Positions 35,548 to 45,264 of a DNA stretch of 64,000 bases are shown here, in pieces (within the stretch, counting starts at the first letter, position 1; each line of letters begins with the position of its first letter). The position numbers and the translations under genes were made by a program. Source of the stretch: a virus. Location of the stretch: IMG/VR virus record IMGVR_UViG_2885686650_000001, positions 730 to 64,729 of that record; one strand, given 5' to 3'. Below the pieces are notes generated by a model. That model ran no database searches, had not been told where the DNA came from, and saw only the letters and a program-made list of their open reading frames with translations.

Positions 35548-35694
35548 ATGAGTGAGGATTTAAGTGAACTTGAACTATTAAAAAAAGAAGTTAAACAGTT
35601 AAGAGCAACTGTCAACTTCTTAGTTGGATATATGAATGCAAAAGACCCTGATTTTACTTATCTTCCGAAGTTAAATCAACACCGAACATTTTAG
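35548..35694 (+). CDS. 48-aa hypothetical protein
   Basis: RBS AAAGGAGG; MSEDLSELELLKKEVKQLRATVNFLVGY. Confidence 0.6.
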   Translation: MSEDLSELELLKKEVKQLRATVNFLVGYMNAKDPDFTYLPKLNQHRTF

Positions 35695-36220
35695 CTAATT
35701 CTGCTACCTTTTCTAATTTAGAAAGATCACCAGTTGCGATAGCGTTCATAAGTAATTCAGCCCCCATTTTTTCTCCCAAATTATTTAAATCGTTGTTTGT
35801 ATCTAACTGTGTTTCAGCAATAACTTTAATCATTTGTTCCAAACGTAATTGAAAATCATCGATGTCTGGTGCAGTAACTGTATATTCAAGAGCACGTATT
35901 CCTTTAATGTCGAACGGAATTTCCTTAATCGACTGGGTCAGTATTAAGTAGGGTTTTTTAGTTGAGAATCGATATCCAAGTTCAAACATGACATTGGGAT
36001 TGGCGTTCGTGATATCAGCAATTACCAAATCCGAATTATCTAATTGTTCGAGAATGGAGTCACTAATATCAGTTACAGATTGGATCAAGTCAGCACGTAG
36101 AACATCGTAATCGAGCTTTTTTGCAACAGGATTAATAAAGGTATTCATAACAAAATCTGCATCACGACGTTCATTTGAATTTTTGTCACCAATTGGTGTT
36201 ACAAAAAATATTTTCTTCAT
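35654..36220 (-). CDS. Nucleoside 2-deoxyribosyltransferase-like (NDT fold) protein, leftward cargo
   Basis: IFFVTPIG...DLVIADITNANPNVMFELGYR...IPFDIKGIRALEY. Confidence 0.85.
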   Translation of the reverse strand: MKKIFFVTPIGDKNSNERRDADFVMNTFINPVAKKLDYDVLRADLIQSVTDISDSILEQLDNSDLVIADITNANPNVMFELGYRFSTKKPYLILTQSIKEIPFDIKGIRALEYTVTAPDIDDFQLRLEQMIKVIAETQLDTNNDLNNLGEKMGAELLMNAIATGDLSKLEKVAELAKMFGVDLTSEDK

Positions 36221-36295
36221 TAATTTTTCTCCCTTGATTTGATGAGTTAATTATCTCATGAGGAAAATTAAAAACAATACGAAAGGAGGAATAAC

Positions 36296-36493
36296 ATGCC
36301 AACAACATTACCCGGTCGAGAGTTGATCAAGAAATATATCGACCAAAATAGCATCAGCGTTGCCAGTCTGGGTCGCATGTATGGCGTCGGAAAGATGTAC
36401 ATGGGTGAAGTGTTATCGGGAAAGAAATCCGGGCCATCTGCCAATGCTTTGATTTTAAAGATTATTGATGACCTGAAAATTGTTGATAAATAA
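36296..36493 (+). CDS. Cro-like HTH protein
   Basis: SVASLGRMYGVGKMYMGEVLSGKK. Confidence 0.8.
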   Translation: MPTTLPGRELIKKYIDQNSISVASLGRMYGVGKMYMGEVLSGKKSGPSANALILKIIDDLKIVDK

Positions 36494-36507
36494 AAGGAGA
36501 AAAAACA

Positions 36508-36651
36508 ATGATACATCACTATTTGACGAAATATGTAGATGAGCATGACCGATTTATTGCCGAATCTTGGATACAGTTTAATCTTTTTAAATGGTCATTC
36601 TGCTTTTCAAAGCGACAAATGATATTAAAAAAGCCGTCCGAAGACGACTAA
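36508..36651 (+). CDS. 47-aa phage protein
   Basis: MIHHYLTKYVDEHDRFIAESWIQFNLFKWSFCFSKR; RBS AAGGAG. Confidence 0.65.
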   Translation: MIHHYLTKYVDEHDRFIAESWIQFNLFKWSFCFSKRQMILKKPSEDD

Positions 36652-36656
36652 TTGGA

Positions 36657-36821
36657 TTACTTCTTTTCCCAGCCATTGCCGGGTTCTGTGGTTGGTGGTA
36701 ATCGGTCACCTTTACCAATGGTTGCATTGTGACCACCAGAGACTTTTCCGCCACGGGGACCAACTTCCGTATATTTGCCAGGGCTTTGATTATCAGTACC
36801 TGGCTTGATAGGTTTTGTCAT
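36657..36821 (-). CDS. YjzC-like protein
   Basis: MTKPIKPGTDNQSPGKYTEVGPRGGKV...GDRLPPTTEPGNGWEKK. Confidence 0.82.
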   Translation of the reverse strand: MTKPIKPGTDNQSPGKYTEVGPRGGKVSGGHNATIGKGDRLPPTTEPGNGWEKK

Positions 36822-36977
36822 TTAACCACTCCATTCTACTTTGAAATGTGTTTTAAGAACGACCGGCGAAGGCGTGTTCTTAATACGTCCTAATTATATA
36901 ACTAACATAATTAAAACGCAACATGTTGCGCAATTGTACTTGATAATAAACTGTATGGTGTGCTTGGAGGTAATTAA

Positions 36978-37169
36978 ATGTGGGATAAAGTGCAAGTGAT
37001 TTTGAACGATAAAGATATGACAATTAATCAGTTGTCAAAGTTGATTGGCTATAAGAGCAACTCTATTTTGTACTCATTCAAGCACGGGAAAATTAAGAAG
37101 CCAAGTTTTGAATTGATGGAAAAAATAGCCGACGCCTTAGATGTCAGCTTGGACATATTTAGAGAGTAA
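36978..37169 (+). CDS. XRE HTH protein
   Basis: MTINQLSKLIG...KKPSFELMEKIADALDVSLDIFR. Confidence 0.88.
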   Translation: MWDKVQVILNDKDMTINQLSKLIGYKSNSILYSFKHGKIKKPSFELMEKIADALDVSLDIFRE

Positions 37170-37183
37170 AAGGAGGAAAAGTA

Positions 37184-37945
37184 ATGAACGAATTAATTAA
37201 AACCATCAAAAAAGAGGATGGGACGATTGCAGTAAGCGGTCGAGATCTACACGAGTTTTTAAAAATCGCAACTGAATTCAAGAAATGGTTCGGTCGAATG
37301 ACAGAATACGGATTTAATGAGAACCAGGATTATATAAGGGTAACCCAAAAATGTCCTACCCCTGGTGGAGTCCAAGATGTTACAGATTTTGTCATGACAA
37401 TCGATATGGCGAAAGAAATTTCAATGATTCAACGAAATGAAAAAGGTAAGCGAGCACGTCAATATTTTATCGAAGTCGAAAAGAGATATAAGCAAGGTCA
37501 GATTGATATGACTGGCCTAAGTCCTGAAACGCGAATGGCAATGGCAACAGCTCAAGCATTGGCCAATCAAGAATTGAAACTCAAAAGTATGGATACAAAG
37601 CTAGATAGCATTGCGGATATCGTCGGCACGTCAACAATGGATTGGCGCAAATCAACTCAACATCTGATTAACCGCATTGTCCAAATTCAGGGCGGTGAAG
37701 TCGAGAATTGGAAGTCAGTCCGCAATGACATTTATGACGAAGTTGATCGTCGTGCCGGTTCATCGCTCAGCATTCGATTAACTAATCTCAAACGGCGAAT
37801 GGCTGAAGAGGGCGTCACTAAATCTAAGCGAGATAAAACGACCAAGGTCGACGTGATCGGTAACGACAAGAAATTAATTGAAATCTATATGGCAGTGGTC
37901 AAAGATTTCGCAATCAAATACAGCATCTGGAAAGAGGAATACTAA
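37184..37945 (+). CDS. Antirepressor (AntA-type N-terminus)
   Basis: VSGRDLHEFL...MTIDMAKEISMIQRNEKGKRARQYFIEVE. Confidence 0.92.
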   Translation: MNELIKTIKKEDGTIAVSGRDLHEFLKIATEFKKWFGRMTEYGFNENQDYIRVTQKCPTPGGVQDVTDFVMTIDMAKEISMIQRNEKGKRARQYFIEVEKRYKQGQIDMTGLSPETRMAMATAQALANQELKLKSMDTKLDSIADIVGTSTMDWRKSTQHLINRIVQIQGGEVENWKSVRNDIYDEVDRRAGSSLSIRLTNLKRRMAEEGVTKSKRDKTTKVDVIGNDKKLIEIYMAVVKDFAIKYSIWKEEY

Positions 37946-38163
37946 TGGCTAAGGATAAAGAAACAATTCGTAATGTGCTATATATGCTTGAAGAAATCCA
38001 AAAAATCGACCCAAACAAGGTTTATACAATCGAATATATCGACGCTCCATCTGAGCAAGTAACACCGTTGGGGCGCGCCAAAGATTTAGCGGAAACAGCC
38101 GTCGATATGCTTGGAAACAGTGAAGAATACGGCGACATTACTACTTATCCAACGGTTGATTAG
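37945..38163 (+). CDS. Hypothetical protein
   Basis: Coupled ORF. Confidence 0.65.
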   Translation: MAKDKETIRNVLYMLEEIQKIDPNKVYTIEYIDAPSEQVTPLGRAKDLAETAVDMLGNSEEYGDITTYPTVD

Positions 38164-38175
38164 GAGATGATCTAA

Positions 38176-38520
38176 ATGCCATTAAACAAGATACACGTCA
38201 CAATCAGCGACTTAGCAGTTTCACTGCCAGAAGGTTTCGAAATCATTGAAACTAAGCGTCGAGAAGAGCTTGAACGCAAAGCAGATATGGACGGTTGGTG
38301 GACGACAGCTGATGTGGTTGAACGATATAAGCGGGCACCAACTTGGTTCACTGATCACGTTTTAAAAGTTCCACGGTTCGAAAAAATCTTGCGCAACAAC
38401 GTGGTCATCTATGCGGATACAGGTGGCAGTTATCTTTTTGAGCCAACAAGCTTTGCAAGGTTCATGCGAGATTATTTCCCGGAAATTTCGTCAAATCTAG
38501 AAAAACAGAAGGTGCGGTAG
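38176..38520 (+). CDS. DUF771-like DNA-binding protein (possible excisionase)
   Basis: WWTTADV...WFTDHVL...SYLFEPTSFARFM. Confidence 0.7.
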   Translation: MPLNKIHVTISDLAVSLPEGFEIIETKRREELERKADMDGWWTTADVVERYKRAPTWFTDHVLKVPRFEKILRNNVVIYADTGGSYLFEPTSFARFMRDYFPEISSNLEKQKVR

Positions 38521-38628
38521 TGGATGTTTTAGTTTTTATGGCCGTGGTTTTCGGTGGTCTCTATGTATATGACGCCATCAAAACACATTCAGTGAAGAAG
38601 GCCGCTCATATGATGTTTGAGTTAGGAG

Positions 38629-38907
38629 ATGAAACCAATGAAGCTAACCAAAATTGAAGAAGAGGTAATCAAGTTAATGCGCCAAGGTGCTGACGTTGAG
38701 TTATATCTTACTAATTGTGAAACAGAAACCGAAGCTAAAGAATTTGTAAAGCCGATTGCTGATTTGGTAAACGAAGATGTTCGGCGAATTCACGCAAAGT
38801 CTGATATTGTCGGTGATTACTTTAAAACTGGCGGAATCATATCAGATGAATCATATGGCTCGGTAAGTGTTATGGCTTTCCTGGTAAATCGAGATGACCG
38901 CCTATGA
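38629..38907 (+). CDS. Hypothetical protein
   Basis: RBS AGGAG. Confidence 0.65.
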   Translation: MKPMKLTKIEEEVIKLMRQGADVELYLTNCETETEAKEFVKPIADLVNEDVRRIHAKSDIVGDYFKTGGIISDESYGSVSVMAFLVNRDDRL

Positions 38908-39086
38908 CACAATCCTTAGAACGTTTGAACACGTTGCAAGACGTATACAACTGTCTCTGGAATTTATCTAAAACCAGTGGAATTAAGCGCAACTGCGATA
39001 AATATAAAGGTGTTTGCCTATCAATCGCTGAAGTCAGAGGCCTAATTGAAGAAGAAAGGCGGCGGTTGAGTGTTTACTCAGGATAA
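38904..39086 (+). CDS. Hypothetical protein
   Basis: ATGA overlap. Confidence 0.55.
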   Translation: MTQSLERLNTLQDVYNCLWNLSKTSGIKRNCDKYKGVCLSIAEVRGLIEEERRRLSVYSG

Positions 39087-39271
39087 TTTTTCAGCAGCAG
39101 AACGTCTCTGGGAACGTCAAGAAATGGAAATGGCTGAGAACGGTGAGTCAGGGCCTTTCCCGCTTGGTGATTATGATGAAGATTAGCCAACAAAAAAGCT
39201 AACTACGGTCGCACCCGAAGTTAGCCATGACAAAATTATGCAAGCTCATTGTAACAGATTGAGGTTAAAAA

Positions 39272-40135
39272 ATGAAATTTATTAGAACAACAAATATGAG
39301 CCGCCTTGATTGGCTAAAGCTCAGGACTCAAGGAATTGGCGGTTCAGATGTTTCCGCAATTCTAGGAATGAATAATTGGCGGTCGCCGTATCAAGTATGG
39401 GCCGAGAAAACTGGCCGATTGATTCTCGATGACACGGAAGACAATGAGTTCATTCACTGGGGAAACATCATGGAACCAATCTTGGCCAAAGAATTCGAGG
39501 ACCAAACAGGAAAGAAAGTGTTCCGGCCTAACAAAGAATTTATCCACCCTAAATATGATTTTCTCCGTGCCAATATTGACCGAGATATTGCCAAAGAACC
39601 GGGCTTTCTCGAAATTAAAACGGCTATGGAATACAAGTCATCAGAGTGGGATGGAGATGAAGTTCCAGTCCCTTATATCCTACAGGTCCAGCATTACATG
39701 AATGTTTTAAATCGCCCTTACGTTTACTTTTGCGCCTTGATTGGCGGACACAAAACGGTCATCAAAGAAGTTGAACGTGATCAGGAATTGATTGATACAT
39801 TTACGCCGAAGCTTGTTGATTGGTGGCAAGAATATGTGGTCGCTGATAAAAAACCGCCAGTAGACGGAAGCAACTCCACGACTCAAACACTACGCGAGCT
39901 CTTTAAGACAGACGACGGTGAGACCATCAAATTAACGGAGTCGCTGAATGGCCAGCTCAGAATCAGAAAGCAATTAAAGCAATCTGGGGATGAGTTATCG
40001 AGCCAAGTATCGTTAATCGACAACCAGATTAGAGAAGCAATGGGGACGGCGAGTGAAGCTGAGAACGACAGCTTTAAAATCACTTATCGTGCCAACAAAA
40101 AAGGCACTCGAATTTTAAGAATAAAGGAGAAATAA
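39272..40135 (+). CDS. yqaJ: YqaJ-family 5'-3' exonuclease
   Basis: WLKLRTQGIGGSDV, ANIDR, LEIKT, QVQHYM. Confidence 0.95.
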   Translation: MKFIRTTNMSRLDWLKLRTQGIGGSDVSAILGMNNWRSPYQVWAEKTGRLILDDTEDNEFIHWGNIMEPILAKEFEDQTGKKVFRPNKEFIHPKYDFLRANIDRDIAKEPGFLEIKTAMEYKSSEWDGDEVPVPYILQVQHYMNVLNRPYVYFCALIGGHKTVIKEVERDQELIDTFTPKLVDWWQEYVVADKKPPVDGSNSTTQTLRELFKTDDGETIKLTESLNGQLRIRKQLKQSGDELSSQVSLIDNQIREAMGTASEAENDSFKITYRANKKGTRILRIKEK

Positions 40136-40137
40136 AA

Positions 40138-41022
40138 ATGGCAGTCAGCAAAGATATTACAAAGGCGATTAAAAATGAGCCACAAAAAGTAGATCCAAAC
40201 ACGCTAGGCATCAAATCGTTGATGGGTATGCCATCGATGAAATCTAAGTTTGAAAGTGTCCTCAAGGAAAAATCAAACGGCTTTATCACATCAGTTTTAA
40301 ATTTGGTCAATAACGATACCTATTTGGCCCAAAGCAATGCGATGTCAATCGTCACATCTGCAATGGTAGCAGCAACTTTAGATTTGCCAATTGATAAAAA
40401 TTTGGGATATGCATGGATTGTGCCATTTAAGGATAAGAGTCATGGTTTCCAGCAATATGCCCAATTCCAGATTGGCTACAAAGGCTATATTCAATTAGCC
40501 TTACGGACCGGCCTTTATAAGCACATCACCGCCACCGTGGTTTATGAGGGTGAAATCAAGAACTGGGATCGCCTCAAGGAGAGCTACGAGCGTGGAGAAC
40601 GAACGAGTGACGAGGTGGTCGGTTATCTAGGCTATTTTGAGACAATCAACGGTTTCCAAAAAACGGTTTATTGGACAAAAGATGAGATGGAAGCTCACCG
40701 GGTCAAGTTTAACAAGGCTAAGAACAAGAACCAGTTGACAGGCGTTTGGGCGTCAAACTACGACGCGATGGCAATCAAAACCGTGCTGAGAAATATGCTA
40801 AGCAAGTGGGGGATTTTATCAATCGAAATGCAAAAAGCTCAAGGCGCTGACGGCCAAGTCATTGATGATGCTAATGATATTGACGACTCAGGAAACATCT
40901 TAAAAGATGTTACTCCAGAAGACGCTGCCACGGAACCAGAAGAATTAGATGAACCAACCGGAACTGCTACACCTGAGCAAATGGATTTCAGCGATGTTGA
41001 TAAGCAGCTTGGCACGAAGTAG
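40138..41022 (+). CDS. recT: RecT-family recombinase
   Basis: LGYAWIVPF, QFQIGYKGYIQLA, MAIKTVLR. Confidence 0.96.
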   Translation: MAVSKDITKAIKNEPQKVDPNTLGIKSLMGMPSMKSKFESVLKEKSNGFITSVLNLVNNDTYLAQSNAMSIVTSAMVAATLDLPIDKNLGYAWIVPFKDKSHGFQQYAQFQIGYKGYIQLALRTGLYKHITATVVYEGEIKNWDRLKESYERGERTSDEVVGYLGYFETINGFQKTVYWTKDEMEAHRVKFNKAKNKNQLTGVWASNYDAMAIKTVLRNMLSKWGILSIEMQKAQGADGQVIDDANDIDDSGNILKDVTPEDAATEPEELDEPTGTATPEQMDFSDVDKQLGTK

Positions 41023-41030
41023 GCGATCAC

Positions 41031-41144
41031 ATGGATGATGAATTATACGTATGGTGCGAAATCTGCGGTAAGCACGATGCCATGTATATCGGCGAAGGCG
41101 ACTTTTTATGTGATAGCACCGGTCAAGTTTATAACGCTTGGTAA
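41031..41144 (+). CDS. 37-aa Cys-rich peptide
   Basis: CEICGK...C motif; short ORF between recT and the initiator. Confidence 0.45.
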   Translation: MDDELYVWCEICGKHDAMYIGEGDFLCDSTGQVYNAW

Positions 41145-41156
41145 GGAGTGATCTGA

Positions 41157-41978
41157 TTGGCCAACCAAGACGGATTTATCAAATCCTATCGGAAGAATGT
41201 TGGTTCGCTTGCTTGGTCGAGTGGAGATTTATTTAAACTTTGGCATCTATGTTTATACAAGGCTAACTTTAAAAATCGAGTCATTACTTTTAACGGTCAG
41301 CAGATACCGTTGAACAGGGGTCAATTCGTCACAGGGCGCAATGCACTGCGGGATGAGATGAACGTCGGAGTTAAACCTGAACAGCAAGTGAACAGCAGTT
41401 TTGTATGGAGAGGGCTAAAGAAATTTGAAAAAGCCGAAATGTTGCACATCAACTCAACTCACCAATACAGCGTCGTGACGGTCTTAAACTGGGATACCTA
41501 TCAGCAAAGTGAACAGCTACCGAACAGCTATCGGACAGCTACCGAACAGCAAACCGACACAGACAAGAACGTAAAGAATGATAAGAATGAAAAGAATATA
41601 ACAACAACATCATTAAGCGAGAAAAATTTGAAATCAGTTTTCGATTTTTGGGAACAAAGTGGCTTTGGATTATTATCGCCAACCACGATGCAAAACTTTG
41701 AATATTGGGTTGATGACTTTACGAAATTGGGAGCCACTGAATCAGACTCTTTCCAGTTGCTCAAAAAAGCAATCCAGGTATCTGATCAGAATGGCGTTAA
41801 AAAGTACGCCTATGTAAATTCAATACTCAAGAATTGGCGAGAAAAAGGATTCAAGCAAGTAGCTGATGTGGATGCAGCGGAGGCTCAAAGAAATTCTCAA
41901 AAATCGAAGAATACTCGTCAGCCGACTGAGGCGGTTGGCAAGTATTTACAAGGTGATGATGATGACCTGCCATTTTAA
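41157..41978 (+). CDS. Replication initiator with DnaD-like domain
   Basis: RGQFVTG...VVTVLNWDTYQ; YVNSILKNW. Confidence 0.9.
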   Translation: MANQDGFIKSYRKNVGSLAWSSGDLFKLWHLCLYKANFKNRVITFNGQQIPLNRGQFVTGRNALRDEMNVGVKPEQQVNSSFVWRGLKKFEKAEMLHINSTHQYSVVTVLNWDTYQQSEQLPNSYRTATEQQTDTDKNVKNDKNEKNITTTSLSEKNLKSVFDFWEQSGFGLLSPTTMQNFEYWVDDFTKLGATESDSFQLLKKAIQVSDQNGVKKYAYVNSILKNWREKGFKQVADVDAAEAQRNSQKSKNTRQPTEAVGKYLQGDDDDLPF

Positions 41979-41992
41979 GAGGTGGTGAATGA

Positions 41993-42913
41993 ATGGATAG
42001 CGTTGAAGAGGCTCAAAAAGAGCTTGAATACAATCGAAAGATTAATGACGGAAAAACCAAAATTAAAAGTGATGTCGGTCGTGCAATGGAAGCAGCCATG
42101 AGAAGGCTGTTTGAACACTACGGCGCGAAATGTCCTGAATGTGGTGCGTTAATGTGGCGGCCAAAGCAAAGACATCCTGATGGCAGTCCAAGGCCTGGTG
42201 CTTGCGGAGTATGTGGCTATATGGAGCCGATTAACGGCAAGAGTGAAACAAAAGAGCAACGTGAGAAACGATTGAAGTTTCAGGCCGAGAAAAAGAGCAC
42301 CAAAATTACGGCAATTGCCTATTATGGAGCTTACTCTTGCTTTGCTACAGAATTACCACAAACTGCCCGATTTACAAATTTTATTGTTAAAACCGATCAA
42401 CAGCGGCGAGCTTTTAATCAGGCGCAAGCTGTCGCCAATAAGTTGATTCACGGCGAATTAATTCACAGTTTTATCGTCGGGACTACTGGAGCTGGTAAAA
42501 CTCACTTGGCCAGTGCAATTGCTTGGCAAACCTTAATGGCAAAGCAGTACCGCTACAAGATGATATTCATTGACTGGCCAGGATGGATTGGCAAGGTAAA
42601 AAAGGCAATGAACGACCCGAAAACGCAAGTAGAAGTCGATAAGACACTCAGTGAAATCAGCCTTGCTGACCTAGTGATTATTGATGATATCGGCGCCGAA
42701 AGAAAGACCGATTACACCGTGGAACAAATCGAAAAGATTAGTCGTAAACGGGAAGATAAAAGATTGCTTTTAACGACAAATCTTGCTGCCAAAGAACTGA
42801 AAGAAAAATATGGCCAGAGAATTTGGTCGAGATTTAGAGTTTTTCTTGGTGATAACACTATTCTGATGAACGATATTCCTGATTATCGAGTACACCAGAC
42901 GAAAATTATGTAG
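41993..42913 (+). CDS. DnaC/IstB-like helicase loader ATPase
   Basis: Zn fingers; GTTGAGKTHLA; LVIIDDIGAE; TTN; RIWSR. Confidence 0.92.
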   Translation: MDSVEEAQKELEYNRKINDGKTKIKSDVGRAMEAAMRRLFEHYGAKCPECGALMWRPKQRHPDGSPRPGACGVCGYMEPINGKSETKEQREKRLKFQAEKKSTKITAIAYYGAYSCFATELPQTARFTNFIVKTDQQRRAFNQAQAVANKLIHGELIHSFIVGTTGAGKTHLASAIAWQTLMAKQYRYKMIFIDWPGWIGKVKKAMNDPKTQVEVDKTLSEISLADLVIIDDIGAERKTDYTVEQIEKISRKREDKRLLLTTNLAAKELKEKYGQRIWSRFRVFLGDNTILMNDIPDYRVHQTKIM

Positions 42914-42929
42914 ATTTGGGGTTGAGCAG

Positions 42930-43403
42930 ATGATGAAAAATAGTTCGCCGACGGCCTTAAATAAACGAGGAATCAAGGTCAGCTTTGACGGATACAAGTT
43001 TGATTCCCAAAAGGAATACTTGTTTTACTCGAAGTTCGTTAAAGATTCAGGTTATAAATTCGACGTTCATCCAGCCTATGAGTTGGTCGCGACGACACCG
43101 ATTGAGCAGGCTAAAATTGGCTCAGCAAGATATACGCCTGATTTCGTGATCTATGATAATGAGGGCAAAATTAAGCACGTTTACGATGTCAAAAACAGTT
43201 TGACTGTTTATGGTATCGATGCATCTGCTAAGCTCAGATTCCGATTGTTTGCTGCTAAGTACGGTATTCCCGTTGAGGCAGTTGTGGTCAGGGCTAATGA
43301 TTTTAAGACAATTGCACAATGTGTGACTAAACCGCTCAACGAGAAACAACCATTAATCAAAAAAGATTTTAACTATAACTGGCTTGAGGCCACTAATTAT
43401 TAG
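42930..43403 (+). CDS. DUF1064-like PD-(D/E)xK endonuclease
   Basis: FDGYKFDSQKE...YTPDFVI...DVK. Confidence 0.8.
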   Translation: MMKNSSPTALNKRGIKVSFDGYKFDSQKEYLFYSKFVKDSGYKFDVHPAYELVATTPIEQAKIGSARYTPDFVIYDNEGKIKHVYDVKNSLTVYGIDASAKLRFRLFAAKYGIPVEAVVVRANDFKTIAQCVTKPLNEKQPLIKKDFNYNWLEATNY

Positions 43404-43416
43404 GAGGGAATAAATT

Positions 43417-43977
43417 ATGTCATTAAACTTTTATTCAGATATCGACGCACTATCAATCGACGGCAAGGACAATCTTGCTATCAAGCTCAAGACACCAAGT
43501 GTTCGGTTGCAAGACAAACTGGACGAGTTAAACGCCTTAAAATCAGGCGGTTCAGTAAATATCTTAATTGAATCAGCAGTTGTCACATTCGAAGAAGAAA
43601 CACTCGCTGGCTCAGATGATAAACGGTTTGAATATTACCAAAATGACGATGGCTTATGGGTACGCAAAGAGAATGCCCAGACCGACTTAGAACTTGAAGG
43701 CGTCGACCAATATGATACTCACAAAGTTGAAATAACGGCTGATGTTATTGATCAATTTATCCTATCTCAGAAGGTCGAATATCTTGAAGACAAGAAGTTT
43801 AATCCTAAAGAAATTCTTGCCAAAATCTCAGAAGGCGAAGAGATTGATGAAATCTCTCAAAGTATGAAACTTGCAACCATTGACTTAGTTAAGAAACTCA
43901 ATAAGGCCCGCAACTACTTTGCACCATTTGCCGCTCAATGGATGAGCGACAAGGAAAGCAAAGAGGATAACGGCTAA
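43417..43977 (+). CDS. Hypothetical phage protein
   Basis: RBS AGGAGG; acidic. Confidence 0.8.
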   Translation: MSLNFYSDIDALSIDGKDNLAIKLKTPSVRLQDKLDELNALKSGGSVNILIESAVVTFEEETLAGSDDKRFEYYQNDDGLWVRKENAQTDLELEGVDQYDTHKVEITADVIDQFILSQKVEYLEDKKFNPKEILAKISEGEEIDEISQSMKLATIDLVKKLNKARNYFAPFAAQWMSDKESKEDNG

Positions 43978-44216
43978 TGACATGGAAAGCGGTAGTTTTA
44001 ATTATCTTTGGATTCTGTATGTTGGTTGCAGTTATTGCAGCTATTGCTGGAGTGATCATGGCTCATAAAGTGTCGAAGCGAATCAATGATGAAGTTGACG
44101 AGTTTGACTGGTCAGATCGGCACAACCGACTAGAAAAATAGGCAACAAAAAAGCCCACCTCGCAAGGCAGGCATTGGTTTAATCGCGTTAAATCAATTAT
44201 AACACGGGGTGGCGTA

Positions 44217-44657
44217 ATGAAGTATAGCGTTAAAAGGTTTAGTTGGTTGGAAAGTTACCTCGAAAATGAGGAAGAGATCGCCAGTCTGCAGATCAGTTTG
44301 AATCGTAGTCGAATTGAGTTAACTCGTTGGGTTGAGGGTGACTTGGCCAAAGTACGACTTGAAAAAGGATCCCGGGCTTCAAGACTCGAAGAGATTATCA
44401 GTGAGAACGAACGACTGCTGAGGGAAGACATATCGCTCCGTGAGCAAACACTCGATCTGATCAATCACTTTGATGGTATTGAGAATGAGATTCTCAAACG
44501 CAAATACGTTAAGGGTATGTCATTGATTGAAATTGCTGACTGTGATGATATCGGATATTCTTATTCGACGGTCAAGAAGATTCACGCCGAACTCAAGCGA
44601 ACACTGAGATTCTTGGACAAATGGGACCTGCCGGAAAAAAGTTCCAAAAAAGAGTAA
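44217..44657 (+). CDS. Late transcription activator (DUF1492/sigma-region-4-like)
   Basis: ILKRKYVKGMSLIEIA...YSTVKKIH; last early gene. Confidence 0.8.
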   Translation: MKYSVKRFSWLESYLENEEEIASLQISLNRSRIELTRWVEGDLAKVRLEKGSRASRLEEIISENERLLREDISLREQTLDLINHFDGIENEILKRKYVKGMSLIEIADCDDIGYSYSTVKKIHAELKRTLRFLDKWDLPEKSSKKE

Positions 44658-44782
44658 CCAAAAAGGTGCCGACAGATTGAAATAGGCGTGTTATGGTTAT
44701 AGCATGATAAATTTAAGTGAGAGCAACTGTTTCCGATTTGGAAATGGTTGCTCTTCTTATGTTGTTAAGGGAGGTGATAGCC

Positions 44783-45118
44783 ATTGCAGAACTAAGAGCT
44801 GACAGACAAGGACCACACCGTGTTGCTTTCAATAAGAACAAGAAGATTATACTCAAGACTCAATCAGTCTGTGGCATCTGTGGTAGGCCAGTTGATAAGA
44901 CGTTGAAGGCGCCTGACCCAATGAGTCCAGTCATTGATCACATCATACCGATTAATAAGGGCGGACATCCAAGTGACATTAACAATCTGCAGCTGGCTCA
45001 CTGGAGTTGCAACCGACAGAAGTCTGACAAGTTGTTCAACGTCGTCAAGGAAGAGCCGAAAGTTCTTGGCAATCGAAACCTTCCACAAAGCTGTGATTGG
45101 TCGTCTTACAAGGGATAA
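44783..45118 (+). CDS. HNH endonuclease (probable ATT start)
   Basis: RADRQGPHR...CGICG...IDHIIP...NLQLAHWSCN. Confidence 0.9.
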   Translation: MAELRADRQGPHRVAFNKNKKIILKTQSVCGICGRPVDKTLKAPDPMSPVIDHIIPINKGGHPSDINNLQLAHWSCNRQKSDKLFNVVKEEPKVLGNRNLPQSCDWSSYKG

Positions 45119-45176
45119 AGAATAGTTAATATTATTTATCCAATTGTTTTTAGAACGTTTCTGACGATAGATTAGA

Positions 45177-45240
45177 GGGGGGATACCTCCACCTCCTCAG
45201 CGACACGCGACCTTCACGCTGTCACTGTACATATTTTCTC
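45177..45240. other. Probable packaging-site region
   Basis: G6...ACCTCC...CCTTCACGCTGTCACTGTAC between HNH and portal. Confidence 0.35.
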
Positions 45241-45264
45241 TTGAGTGAGAAAGGAGTTGGTAAA

